Below, in pieces: positions 1 through 12,829 of a DNA stretch of 64,000 nucleotides (positions are counted from its first letter, which is position 1; every line of letters begins with the position of its first letter). The notes below the pieces were generated by a model that saw nothing but the letters and a program-made list of their open reading frames with translations, searched no databases and was not told the origin of the DNA. A program made the position numbers and the translations under genes. This DNA is from Eledone cirrhosa (lineage: Eukaryota): contig OZ024740.1 of assembly GCA_964016885.1 (NCBI GenBank), forward strand, positions 283,712,001 through 283,776,000, given 5' to 3'.

Positions 1-614
1 ATAGTAGTAGACCATTGTAACGTGTTAATATATCATTTCATTATCTGTCTTTATTTTCCTTATTTTTCTGTGATGTTAGGTTTCTGTTGTTGGTCTAACA
101 AATTAGTAAATCAGTTAGACTAATGTTGATGTGAGACTTCTGTTGTTAGTCCAACAGATGGCCAACTTCTTAGACAAGCAGCGAATGTAGACATTTGTTA
201 TTAGTCTAACAAATGTTTTTCTACCTTGATAAAATTTATTAGTTCCGATATATTTCGGATAGAATATAAGTTTTCAAGGGAGCAGTTTTGTCACTCAGTT
301 AGACTAACATTGATGTCAGATTTCTGCTGTTAGTCTAACAGATGACAGTATTTGTTACACTAACAGTGATGTTAGGTATATGTTCTTTAGTCAATCAGTT
401 TTGTTTTGTTTGTTTTCTCTATATTATATATATACATACATATTTCTTCTTCTCCATTTTGTTTTAAATGTTACAAGTAATTAAAATAAAAATAATTGCA
501 TTTAAAATATCAATGTGGAAAGATTGACTTCAGAGTTTCCTGTTATTTCTTTTGTGTTTATTGTTAATTCCTTTCCCCGTAATTATAAACCTGTTAACCC
601 AATAATAAGGCGGT

Positions 615-1000
615 TTATTGTCGGAGTCGTTAGAACGTCGATTAGAATGCTTTGCGGTATTCGTTTCGGCTCCTTGCTCTGTCAGTTCAAATTTCGCCAA
701 GATCAACTTTACCTTTCATCCATTCGGAGTCGATAAAAAAAGTACCAATCAAGTAGTGAGGTCGATTCTTCCTCATTATCTCTTTCTCATTTCTATTCTC
801 TTAATTTCTCTACCCTTCTTTGAAAGAAATCTGGAGAGGAGATGGACACCACCAGGTTTTAAAATGCCCTGGAAACGCCACAGGACCATACATTCTTAAC
901 CTAATAATTCCTATTGGGGGGGGGGGGATATAATTACATAAATGTCTGGCATGTATATACAAATGCTATACATGATTAAACTTTCGAAAAATAACTATAT
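615..1000 (+). mobile_element. Old diverged SINE plus extended 3' segment; related copies at ~31410-31790 and ~47250-47515
   Basis: gttcaaattt..ctttacctttcatcc..gtcgataaa core followed by shared ggagaggagatgg..ttttaaaatgccctggaaa. Confidence 0.6.
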
Positions 1001-1071
1001 TCGGAGACAAATGTAGGGTTTAGAACTCAAAACCTTGTAATTGGAAAATGAACCTCTTATTGCAGCAAGAT

Positions 1072-1390
1072 TATCTTCTTCTTCTTCTTCTTCTTCTTCT
1101 TCTTCTTCTTCTTCTTCTTCTTCTTCTTCTCATTTTTATTTTTATTTTTATTTTTATTTTTATTTTTATTTTTATTTTTATTTTTATTTTTATTTTTATT
1201 TTTATTTTTATTTTTATTTTTATTTTTATTTTTATTTTTATTTTTATTTTTATTTTTATTTTTATTTTTATTTTTATTTTTATTTTTATTTTTATTTTTA
1301 TTTTTATTTTTATTTTTATTTTTATTTTTATTTTTATTTTTATTTTTATTTTTATTTTTTTTTATTTTTATTTTTATTTTTATTCTTCTT
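1072..1390. repeat. (TCT)n followed by (TTTTTA)n microsatellite; tail of the adjacent RTE
   Basis: Direct reading. Confidence 0.95.
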
Positions 1391-2205
1391 CGCCCACATA
1401 TTCCTGAGAAGGTCGTGGGGGAAGAGTCCTCAAACATTCCTTTCAGCCGGTCCTTTCAGAAGCAACCGTCTCCAAATGATCCGGTTGAATCCCCAAATGA
1501 GAACAGCCAAGCTCGTGGATATTATTCAACCATCTTGCTCGGGGTCTACCTCTGGGTTTCCTGCCGGTTGGTTTTGCCCGTAAAATCCATCCACCTATTC
1601 TTTCTTGAGACATTCTAACCACAAGCCCATAGTATCGGAGCTGTGATCTCTCAATTAGGAGAAGTAGCGGCTCTACCTGGAGTGTCTCTCTGATCTCTGA
1701 GCTATGCACTCTATCGTGTCACGTTACTTGAAAGACCCTTCGGAGAAACCTCATTTCGGTCATTACCTATGCTCATTCATGACCATAGGTAAGGGTTAGC
1801 ACGAATACCGAATTGAAGATAGTGAATTTGGCTTTTATACCTACCTCCCTTTTTCTGATTACTGAATGCTGAAGCTGGCGCATTACTGCCCCAGTCCCTG
1901 CAATTCTTCCAGGTAATCCAACCTTCTGCCTTCCATCACTCGTGAACACGCCCCTGAAAAACTTTCACTTCTCTACCTGCTTAAGTGGAACTCCATCCAC
2001 ATGTAGAGTGCACTGCGCAGGCTTCCTTGAGAGGACGAATGTCTGTTTTCGTGGCACTTTTTTTCATTCCAGCCATGCAACACTGGATATCAGACCTATC
2101 AAGTACAAGTCGGAGATCACCTTCTCTCGAGTTAAGTAACACCATGTTGTCTGCAAATTCCAGCCGACTGATTTTACATATGCCAATCGTGATACCACTT
2201 CCAAA
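1386..2205 (-). mobile_element. RTE-clade LINE 3' fragment (decayed RT C-terminus)
   Basis: IERSQLRYYG..KPTGRKPRGRPRARW and FADNMV motifs; same family as 52255-53070. Confidence 0.85.
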
Positions 2206-2370
2206 CTTATTTTGTTTGTTTTTATACTGTTTTAGTCAAAGATGTGTGGGTATTCCCCTTCACTCAGTACAAGGTCTTGGCGGCTGATGGCAATGCCAGT
2301 TTGCGCGATTTGAACTCAGAAGGCAAAGATTCCGAATAACTATCGCAAGTCATCTTGTTCAATACTCTAA

Positions 2371-2860
2371 TTGTTTCTACTTTTGGCACAAGGCTAGCAA
2401 TTACCCAGTACATTACTGGTACTTTATTTTATCTCACCTCATACCAGACAACACATCCAATACAGTCATTTTCTCTTTTATCCGTCTTCTCTTAACTATT
2501 CTCCCGGGGGGGGGGGGGGCGAAGCCGGGTACCTCAGCTACTACTGTATAAAAATGCAAAGGGCGAATGATGACAATTAAAACAAAAGGAAGTAATGTTT
2601 TACCCACCGTATTTCAACATAATATTTCATGATACAGTTCATTTTTCCAGCCGGGTGAGCTGGAGCAACATGAAATAATTGTTTCTACTTTTGGCTCAAG
2701 GCCAGCAATTACCCAGTGCGTTACTGGTACTTTATTTTATCGACCCCGTAAGGATGAAAGGCAAAGTTAACATCGGCGGGATTTGAACTCAGAATGAGTT
2801 CAAATGCGTCAAAGCATGGCATCCGACCCTCTACCGATACTGCCAATCCACCGCCGCCAA
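2371..2860 (-). mobile_element. Composite of SINE 3' end, Helitron 3' terminus, flank and SINE; inverted duplicate of ~41690-42126
   Basis: Near-identical reverse complement over ~430 bp. Confidence 0.8.
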
Positions 2861-3219
2861 ACTGCCACCCTGGTCTAATACTATATTGTATCGACACTTA
2901 AAAGGATGAAAAGCTACGTCAACCACGGCAGAAAGCCGGACAAATACTATAAGATAGTTTGTCCAACGCTCTAATAACTCTTCCAATTCTCTGTGTATTA
3001 AATTTAGTTGAAAACTTCTTAAAGTGGCATTTATAGGCTTTATTATGTATATCAAATTTATTCTAACATATCTGTTTTTAAATATTTCACTAATTAGTCG
3101 GAGAGAAGGCCAACAAATAAAGTACCAATCAAGTACTGGGGCTTATTAAATCGTTTCCCTTTTCTACAAAAACTACTGAATTTGTCCTAAAATAGAAAAC
3201 AGTTTGAAATTTAGGCTCA

Positions 3220-4700
3220 AAAACATTATATAACTACCTAAAGAACATCCAGGCCTCTATACCACGATATGGCATTAAGCTGGTGATGAGGGACTTCAAT
3301 GTTCAACTAGACAGTGACAGGTGTGAGTTGTCATCCGAGGTGTGGCCTCAAATAGTGATTGGCTGCTAATACTGACTAGCTGCTGTACGTTCAGTGTCGG
3401 TAAAACGTTTTTCGTTCATTGGCGCATCCACGAAACTTCATGGACTACACAGTGCAGTAACATCAGATACGAGATCGACTACAACTGCACCAGCACTAGG
3501 TGACGGTCATACTTGCAAGATGTTAGCGTCTGTTGCAGAGCAGATATTTGCGTCAATAACATGTTGGTAGCTAGAATAATTCGTTTGAAACCGGAATAAC
3601 ATTTAGAGGGTAAATACAGTTCGGCTCTACGTAACTGAGGCTCCCAATTAGGCAGAAACTTCTACTAAATTCTGTGAAGCTGTTGATAATTTTTAAGCTT
3701 CTAAAAATGGGTTTGATCGTGAGGTACACTGAACTTGTTTCCAACAGGTCATTACATCATGCGTCTACAATGTACTTGGTCGCAAGTGTGGCAACATCCA
3801 GGAACGATAGATTTTCAGTCTCATAGATCCTGATCGATAGAGGGCAAGAAGCAAAAACCAAAAAGGATCAGGCGACAAAATGTACGCATGTGAAAATAAT
3901 GCATGAAAGGGAGTTTTAAAAAGACCAAAACGATATGGCTCAAGGAGTAGAATAATGGGATGGAAAAGGTAGCGATGAAATATGACACTAGATGTCTGTA
4001 CAGAATTGTAAAAGAGCTGATAAAATAATTGATTCATGTATACCAATTGACAGTAAAGATGAGTGTACTTTAGTAACAAGTGAGTAAGAATCAACCGAGT
4101 GAGTGAAACATTTCCAGGAAGGGTATAATCTGCCGAAACCGGTTGACATCTTCGATTTCGACCGGGAGAGGCTTTTGGTAGACCACCTGCAGGTGACAGA
4201 TGAGGATATCTCCACGGAGGATGTCGTCAAAGCTATTCGTTACTTGAAAGAACAAAATAGTATGGCTAGACGAAATAATTGAAGAATTGCTTAAGTATGG
4301 AGGAGATTTTTGGACATCTTTGAAACTCAATATGAAATGAAAAGGAAGTCGTTAGAGTCTGTAGGGACAGTAGCATAACCCAGGAAAGGTGTGTTAAAGG
4401 ACTGCAACAACAAACACGAAGTAACCCTGCTGTCAGTCAATGAAAATTTGTTATGCAATATCATCCTTACTCACCCGAAAAACGCATTTGATAAGCATTT
4501 TAAGAATTCTTTGGCGTGACTGCAATACAAATAAAGAGGTTTTGTAAAAGGCCTGACCGGGTAACCTACAAAACACCATCACCATAAAACGGCAACAACT
4601 GCTTCGTCACATACTACGCATGCCCATAAACAGAGCAGTGAGAGTCAGCATGTGAGAGTAGGAGATAAAGCAGATCTGTCAAGATTAGTTGATGTCTGTG
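3220..4700 (+). mobile_element. Highly decayed RTE-like LINE (APE and RT remnants)
   Basis: Broken motifs (..DFNVQL, YEIDY, EELLKYGG, KDCNN..VTLLSV) across frames. Confidence 0.55.
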
Positions 4701-4932
4701 GAAGATCTGGTAGACTTGAGGTTGACCTAGGATCAGGCTCATGACAAGGCTTGCGACCACGCGGTATCAAGATATCTAACAGCTCAATACACGAAACCAA
4801 GCATAGGGAAATAAAGAAGATTTTGAAAGAGAAAAAAAAAAACTACAAACAAACCAAATAATTTTGAAGGTATTTATTTTTTTAAAAACTGAAGGTTTCG
4901 TACCATAAATTTTCTGGGGATGTTCAGCTAAC

Positions 4933-4934
<2 letters not shown>

Positions 4935-5008
<74 letters not shown>

Positions 5009-5032
5009 TTGTATGTGAGTGTGTGTGGGTGT
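4935..5032. repeat. (GT)n microsatellite
   Basis: Direct reading. Confidence 0.95.
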
Positions 5033-5074
5033 GTAAACAGAAAAAACAAAGCAGACAAAGCAGTACAATGAAGA

Positions 5075-5300
5075 AATATATTAGTTTAACGCTTGATATA
5101 GTAGGGGAAAGTCTTTATGTTTCGGATACTAGTTCTTCAACAGGAGATAGAATGAGGAATAAAAAATGAAATAGAGAGGGGGAGAAAGAAGAAGAAGAAA
5201 AGAACGGAAAAATATTTTTTGGAGAAAAATCACGTGTATTTTTAGTCGTAAAGAGACGTAAAGACTCTTTTCCTCATATATCAAGCGTTGAACTAATATT
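5075..5300. mobile_element. Short fold-back element (probable pLTR relic) with degenerate hammerhead motif on - strand
   Basis: aatatattagtttaacgcttgatata inverted to tatatcaagcgttgaactaatatt; CTGTTGA..GAAAC on - strand. Confidence 0.45.
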
Positions 5301-5382
5301 TACTTTTTTTTTCATTGTATTTTTTCTTGTGTTGCCTAGTTTGTTGTTTCGCACCGATATATATATATATATATTATAAATT

Positions 5383-5965
<583 letters not shown>

Positions 5966-6015
5966 CGGTTTAAACACACTTTCAGATAAAGAATCTTGCT
6001 AAACAAATTCAGAAA

Positions 6016-6081
<66 letters not shown>

Positions 6082-6126
6082 GAAAGATATAGAAAACATT
6101 GCAGCGAAAAGCCAACAGTATTCCAT

Positions 6127-6190
<64 letters not shown>

Positions 6191-6292
6191 TATATATATA
6201 ATATTAACCCATACAATCACTAATACTCTTTTATTCCTAATTAAACCATTTTTCAACTGTGAACAATTTGTCAGCATTTTCTATTCCGTTTA

Positions 6293-6560
<268 letters not shown>

Positions 6561-6759
6561 TATATATATATATATATAAACTGAACATTAAAAGATTAAC
6601 CGAAAGAGCACTCAATATATGTGAGCAGAGAATAAAAGAACAACGGCAAACTGTGAAATCATTGCCGCTTATTTCGTCATAATACAATATGATATATATG
6701 ATATAATAATATATATATATATATAGATAGATATATATATATATACATATGCATGTATG

Positions 6760-6843
<84 letters not shown>

Positions 6844-6909
6844 CAAATATATATATATATACAAATATATACATATGCATGTATGTATGTATGTATATAT
6901 ATATATATG

Positions 6910-7314
6910 AGATGACCCCTTAGCCTTTGTCAAGGCAGAATTCTAGGAGAAGGAAAACTCTGATATAACACCTGCAACCCTGATGGTATCCAATGATGTT
7001 GACTTGTTCTTCTTTTTGGTAAATATCATCTTGGTTAAGAGAGTGAGACTGGCTTTGTGCAGTGCCTTTGCTCACTATAAAAGTTTCACGGCACAGGCAT
7101 TGCTTTATATCTGGAGATCTCTCTGCACTTGTCATCACATGGTACCATGGGCCCTGCACTATGTGTCAATAATGGTCACAAGTGTAGTCTTTGTACCAGA
7201 GTTTTCAAGTCGCTGGCTGGACTAAAAAGTCACATTCGTTCAGCGCATCGGTAGGGGTTCTCCTACATGGATATAAAGTAGTGGCCGTACTCGAAAACGA
7301 GTTGGCAGCCACCA
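6910..7314 (+). mobile_element. RTE-like LINE 3' end with terminal C2H2 finger
   Basis: [20 protein letters not shown], then 3' terminus gtactcgaaaacgagttggcagccaccat and an (AT)n/(ATGT) tail. Confidence 0.65.
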
Positions 7315-7344
7315 TATATATATATATATATATATATGTATATG

Positions 7345-7407
<63 letters not shown>

Positions 7408-7482
7408 GCATATATTTATAAATACATATACATCTATATATATATACACACACAAACATGTGCACAAACACACACACTCACT

Positions 7483-7531
<49 letters not shown>

Positions 7532-8229
7532 TATATATATATAGGAAAAAGTATGACCCCGACGGCAGAGCTCAAGCCGTTTCGACGGCTAATTCTGGAC
7601 TAAATAAGAATTTTTAGCCTGGTAAATAAATAGCCGAACTTCTCAGGGAGTAATTCCATATATGGGAAGATAGTAATTGTCAAAAGGATTGGTTAAAAGT
7701 TTGTTGTAAAGTCAGATGATTATATCATGGCATTTGGTGGGAGGTATGGGTAGCTGAACTTGCCGGTAGAACAAAGAGGGAGTGGGGGAAACCCAGTCAA
7801 GCGTTGAAAGTGAAATCTGTACGGCAGATTCTAAGGATAGTGTATAGAAGGTCGAAAAAAGTGTACTGGAGAAGCGGAGGGGGGGGGGTGAAAGAATAGG
7901 TAAAATGAAAGGGAGTAAACAAAAAAGTCATTATAAAAATGAGGAAATAAATATATAAAAAACAATTTCTAGTTACTACTCCATCCCCACAATCACCAAA
8001 TCTCTCATTTGTATTGCTAAGCTATAGAAAAGTTTAATAGGTGGAGAAAAAAACTACATACGAGATTGTAGTGAATGAATTTTATAAAGCCATCTTTACA
8101 GAGGGTCTAACACCACTGCTATAGTTAGTAGTAATCAGCCAATGCTATCTTACAATGACAGGTTAATAAGTTGAGGACAAATATACTAAAAAACTAATAC
8201 GAAATATTAATTCAGAATACTAATACATA

Positions 8230-9690
8230 AATACTAATATAAGCGTATGGGTCAACACCCAGGAAGTAATATCATGGTTCAGCAATATGGAGGACAAACG
8301 AGACACAAAATTCATCCAGTTTGACATAGAGAGTTACTATGCTTCAATTACCTTACCGCTCCTTACGGCCGCATTGGACTTTGCCGAAACACTCGCGCCC
8401 ATCACCGACCAGGAAAGAAATATCATCCTCCACGCCAGGAAGACAGTCCTACTTTTCGACAACTCCAAATGGATAAAGAGAGCTCCTGACTCCGCCTTCG
8501 ACGTCAGTATGGGCGCGACCGATTCGGCTGAGGTCACAGATCTTATAGGATTATTCCTACTATTTAAACTCACCGAAATGTTTCCTGCATTCGGCGGTGG
8601 ATTGTACAGTGATGGTGGGCTCCTTACCCTCAAAGGATACAACCCCAGTAGTACAGACCAGGTCCGTAAACAATTAATCAGCTTCTTCCGCGACTGGGGA
8701 TTTAAAATAACCCTACAAACGTCCCTAACCTGAGTAAACTTCCTGGACGTTACCCTTAACCTCCATAATGATCTGTACTACCCATACAGGAAACCAAATG
8801 ACAACCTGCATTACATACACCGCCGGTCGAACCATCCTAGAAACATCACCAATAACCTGGTTAAAAACATCTCCCTCCGCATATCTCGTTTGTCCGCTAA
8901 TGAGCAGATATTCGACGAACATGCGCCTTATTACAACCAGGCCCTCAAGCGGAGTGGCTTCCGGGAGGAAATATCCTATTATCCAGCTTCCATTAGCGGA
9001 ACCAGCAGGCGATACCGCCGCTCACGCAACGTAACGTGGTTCAATCCTCCCCACAATGCCGAGGTCATAACACCTATCGGGAAAATCTTCTTTAGGCTCA
9101 TCGAAAAACACTTCCCACTACAACATCGCTACCACAACATAATCAACAAAAACACCATCAAAGTATCCTACAGCACCACACCTAACTTTGCACAAAACAT
9201 CGTCTCCTCTAACAACAATAACTCAACCCCTATGGAAGAAATAACCTAGACAGCAGTGGAGAGCCGACCAGGAGGTGTAACTGTCCTGATAGATCCCTGA
9301 TAGATGCCGAGATCATAATGTGATCTACTAGTGCAACGTGAGGACGGATACCTCCAACAAAGCTTATATAGGATTAACCGCTTGGGACTTCAAGACCCGG
9401 CTCTACCTACACAGACATACTTTCCGAAACCCGGCCCGGCGTCACGCCACTACACTCTCGGGCCACATCTGGGACCTCAAAGATAATAATATAATCTACA
9501 ATCTCACTTGGAGCTTACTGTCCAGAGCTAACTCTTACACGGGAGGACGCCGTCCGTGTAACTTATGCTCGGAGGAAACATTACAAATGCTGTTTTCGAA
9601 GGACCAACTCCTAAACAAGAAAGACGAACTGGTAACTGCATGCAAACACAGATTGCGTAGGACTTACCTCGCCCTCAAACAGCATAATGA
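8230..9690 (+). pseudogene. Decayed PLE RT-GIY-YIG reading frame
   Basis: ORFs 8287..8733 and 8890..9249 share a frame split by TGA; 9338.. follows after frameshifts; catalytic YxDD reads YSDG. Confidence 0.85.
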
Positions 9691-10392
9691 TCCGGGGAGG
9701 GGGGGGGGTAGACAAGGGCTGAAACACCCCACTTGCCGACTTTGTAAGGGGTAACCCCTGCTTACAAAGGTAGACGTAACTTTTTTTTTTTTTAATATTT
9801 TCCTCTATATTTCCTTCTTCCCCATCTCTTCCTAGTCGTTCCATCCCAGATCTCTTTCCTTGACTTTTTTGTTTCACCTTTTCGCCCACCCCGATGCAGC
9901 ACATCGGTCCTCTGTAGCCTCAGTACCCCACACCCCTAATTTTATGATAGAATTAGTCGATTACGCTTTTTAAATTCTTTCACTACAATCTCGTGTGTAG
10001 TTTTTTTCTCCACCTATTAAACTTTTCTATAGCTTAGCAATACCAATGAGAGATTTGGTGTTTGTGGGGATGGAGTAGTAACTAGAAATTATTTTTTATA
10101 TATTTATTTCCTCATTTTTATAATGACTTTTTTGTTTACTCCCTTTCATTTTACCTATTCTTTCCCCCCCCCCCTCCCCTTCTCCAGTACACTTTTTTCG
10201 ACCTTCTATACACTATCCTTAGAATCTGCTGTATAGATTTCACTTTCAACGCTTGACTGGGTTTCCCCCACTCCCTCTTTGTTCTACCGGCAAGTTCAGC
10301 TACCCATACCTCCCACTAAATGCCATGATATAATCATCTGTCTTTACAACAAACTTTTGACCAATCCTTACTATCTTCCCATATATGGAATT

Positions 10393-10490
10393 ATCCCCTG
10401 AGAAGTTCAGCTATTTATTTACCAGGCTAAAAATTCTTATTTAGTCCAGTATTAGCCGTCGAAACGGCTTGAGCTCTGCCGTCGGGGTCA
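10393..10490 (+). ncRNA. Hammerhead-like motif in the pLTR (mirror copy at ~7553-7650 on -)
   Basis: ccc CTGAGAA ... GAAA cggc-ttgagctct-gccg TC gggg; the core deviates from CUGANGA and stem II is long. Confidence 0.5.
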
Positions 10491-10578
10491 TACTTGTTCC
10501 TATTACCCACTCTACTACCCTAAGTATTGAGTACTTTGGTGCGTTGTGGTCCATCTGGTTCCTTACCACATTTCCTTC

Positions 10579-10619
<41 letters not shown>

Positions 10620-10623
<4 letters not shown>

Positions 10624-10752
10624 ATTGATTGCTAAATAAATTAATTATGGAGATATAAAAGATACAGAAGCAAAATCCAACCAGACAGTGAGTGTGTCTG
10701 TTATTATTTCTGGCAATATTACACCAATATGACCCTCCCCAAGTATAACAAT
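10620..10752 (+). mobile_element. pLTR terminal fragment of the tgaccctccccaagtataacaata family
   Basis: Shared with 24000-24152, 45830-45980 and 63080-63235 (-); flanked by (TA)n. Confidence 0.7.
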
Positions 10753-10785
10753 ATATATATATATATATATATACTGTGAGTGGCT

Positions 10786-10791
10786 TTTATT
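10786..10791 (-). promoter_or_regulatory. Candidate polyadenylation signal AATAAA of host gene
   Basis: tttatt on + strand, ~60 nt after the stop codon and ~15 nt before a (TA)n tract. Confidence 0.55.
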
Positions 10792-10849
10792 AAAGCTATA
10801 TATTATAGTTGAAAATGTTCAAACACTCCCGAATCATTGGTGATGACTG

Positions 10850-10936
10850 TTACTCCTCAATCAGCATTGGAAGATTTCTATAGCTAAGCCATTCCCTAAG
10901 GAGTTGACGCGGTAGAAAGAGTGCTGATAATGACGT
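10850..10936 (-). CDS. Host gene terminal coding exon F (phase 0), TSLSALFLPRQLLREWLSYRNLPMLIEE*; spliced product tentatively CCDC60/DUF4698-like
   Basis: Acceptor ttttaatgttttttgtttgttattccag|, TAA stop, AATAAA ~60 nt downstream. The family guess comes from recalled similarity only. Confidence 0.75.
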   Translation of the reverse strand, partial: TSLSALFLPRQLLREWLSYRNLPMLIEE

Positions 10937-10971
10937 CTGGAATAACAAACAAAAAACATTAAAATGTACAT

Positions 10972-11575
10972 AAATAATTGTTTCTACTTTTGGCACAAGG
11001 CCAGCAATTAACCAATGTATTACTGGTACTTTATTTTATCGACCCCGTAAGGATGAAAGGCAAAGTTAACCTCGGCGGGATTTGAACTCAGAATGGAAAG
11101 AGCCGTAACTCTTTGCGTCAAAGCATGGCGTCCGACTCTCTACCGATACTGCCAATCCACTAAATAATTGTTTCTACTTTTGGCACAAGGCCAGAAATTA
11201 CCCAGTGCATTACTGGTACTTTATTTTATCGACCCCGTAAGGATGAAAGGCAAAGTTAACTTCGGCGGGATTTGAACTCAGAATGGAAAGGGCCGTAACT
11301 CTTTGCGTCAAAGCATGGCGTCCGACCCTCTACCGATACTGCCAATCCACCAAATAATGATTTCTGATTTAGGCACAAGATCAACAATTTGCAGGCAGGG
11401 GAAACTCGATTAAATTGACCCCAACGCATTACTGGTGCTTTATTTTATCGACTCCGTAAGGATGAAAGGCAAAGCTAACCTCCGCGGGATTTGAACTTAG
11501 AACGTAAAGGGCCGTAACTTTGTGCTGCGAAGCATGTTGTCCGACGCCCTACCGATTCTGCCAATCTGCCGAATA
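10972..11575 (-). mobile_element. Three tandem tRNA-derived SINE copies
   Basis: A-box-like TGGCAGTATCGG, B-box GAGTTCAAATCC, core gcctttcatccttacggggtcgataaaataaagtaccag. Confidence 0.9.
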
Positions 11576-11711
11576 AAATATTAACAAAATGATTGTATGC
11601 TCATCACTATATACTTTACAGTCAATATACACAAACACACAGACACATATGCGCACACACGCACACAGATATATTTATGCACTGTATATCTTAACTTAAC
11701 GTATATATATA

Positions 11712-11749
<38 letters not shown>

Positions 11750-11867
11750 AGTGTGTGTGTGTGTGTTGATGTGTGTGAATATATATAATTAAAACAAAAC
11801 ACAAGGATCATGTCATACTTTGTGCAAACATGGAGAAGGAAATGGAAATTTGACAAACAAAATAAAT

Positions 11868-12578
11868 ATGTTTCTCTATTAGCCACAAGGGCACAAAAGA
11901 AGGGGAACAATACAAATGGGGAAGTTTACATAAAATAAATAGGTGTAAAATACTATCACAAATGCAATTTAAAAATTAATCGATTTTCCTCAATAGGGGG
12001 AGACATTACATATGGGTAACATATAACCCCGAAAAAAATGTGCAACCCTCATCTCCAGGAGTACGAAGAGTGAGTACCCCCTTCCTCTCTTCCTCTTTTT
12101 CCTCAACCAATAGGCTGATATAGAGAGAAGGCCCATTAACTCGGGCCATTCTCGCCACTTTCACCCACCTTTCATAAAACTTGCTGGGGTACAGCACCTC
12201 ACTCTCCATCCTGATTATTCTTCCAAAGTGGTATTTGAAAAAAAGAATCAGTTGTTGGCCGGAGAGAAACGTGTCTGACCTCAGCCCTTTTAACCTCGTC
12301 CACCATACAACTTCTTTCGCCATAGCTATAACACAAAGGAAAACCGCCTTTCTTTCGTTTTTGAAGGAGGTTGGCGGTTTGATCATGACAATGGACTCGG
12401 TGGTCAACTCGGTGGTCAACCCGCGACAATAGTCGTTCTACATAGCCCCACAAGTCGGTAACGCCCGGGCAGTGTATGAATGCGTGCGCGACGGTTCTTC
12501 GTCTCGCACGCATCTCGGACAGATCTTTTTCGAAGGGTCCCTTCCCGGGCGCCCATGTCTGTAGAGCTTGTCTCGAAC
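11868..12578 (-). mobile_element. L1/Tx1 LINE copy A, 5'-truncated
   Basis: ORF2 C-terminus (CPRC..ET..HAF.HC; AKEVVWWTR); TSD TGACAAACAAAATA at 11851-11864 and 12579-12592. Confidence 0.85.
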
Positions 12579-12829
12579 TGACAAACAAAATAGATAGATA
12601 GATAGACAGATTTCTTTATTTGCCACAAGGGCGCACAAGAAAAGTGGACAATACAAATACACGCCGGGGATTTTACATACAGTCGTGTAAAAAATATAAA
12701 ACAAACAATTACAACAATCGAAATCCCCAATAGGGGGGAGGCGCCACAAATGGGTTGTTTAATACCCCGTCGATAGAACAACCCTCAACTCCAGGAGCGT
12801 GTTGTGCAAGTTCTCCTTTCTCCATTTTG

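Larger units (their letters stand above)
7541..10582 (+). mobile_element. Penelope-like element (Naiad-type RT plus C-terminal GIY-YIG), 5'-truncated, with inverted 5' pLTR, inserted in (TA)n
   Basis: QFDIESYY, FDVSMGATDSAEV, NFLDVTL, PYRKP, YIGLT..FKTR..H and CNLCSEE motifs; 7541-8090 is the reverse complement of ~9970-10503. Confidence 0.9.

Noticed and set aside
8731-8733. In-frame TGA as selenocysteine (reported for some Naiad elements)
   Set aside because: Not at an evident Cys position; the element also has TAG stops, frameshifts and a broken catalytic motif, and I recognised no SECIS. Simple decay is more likely
10972-11575. SINE heads as tRNA genes
   Set aside because: A/B boxes only, no cloverleaf, multi-copy with a common tail
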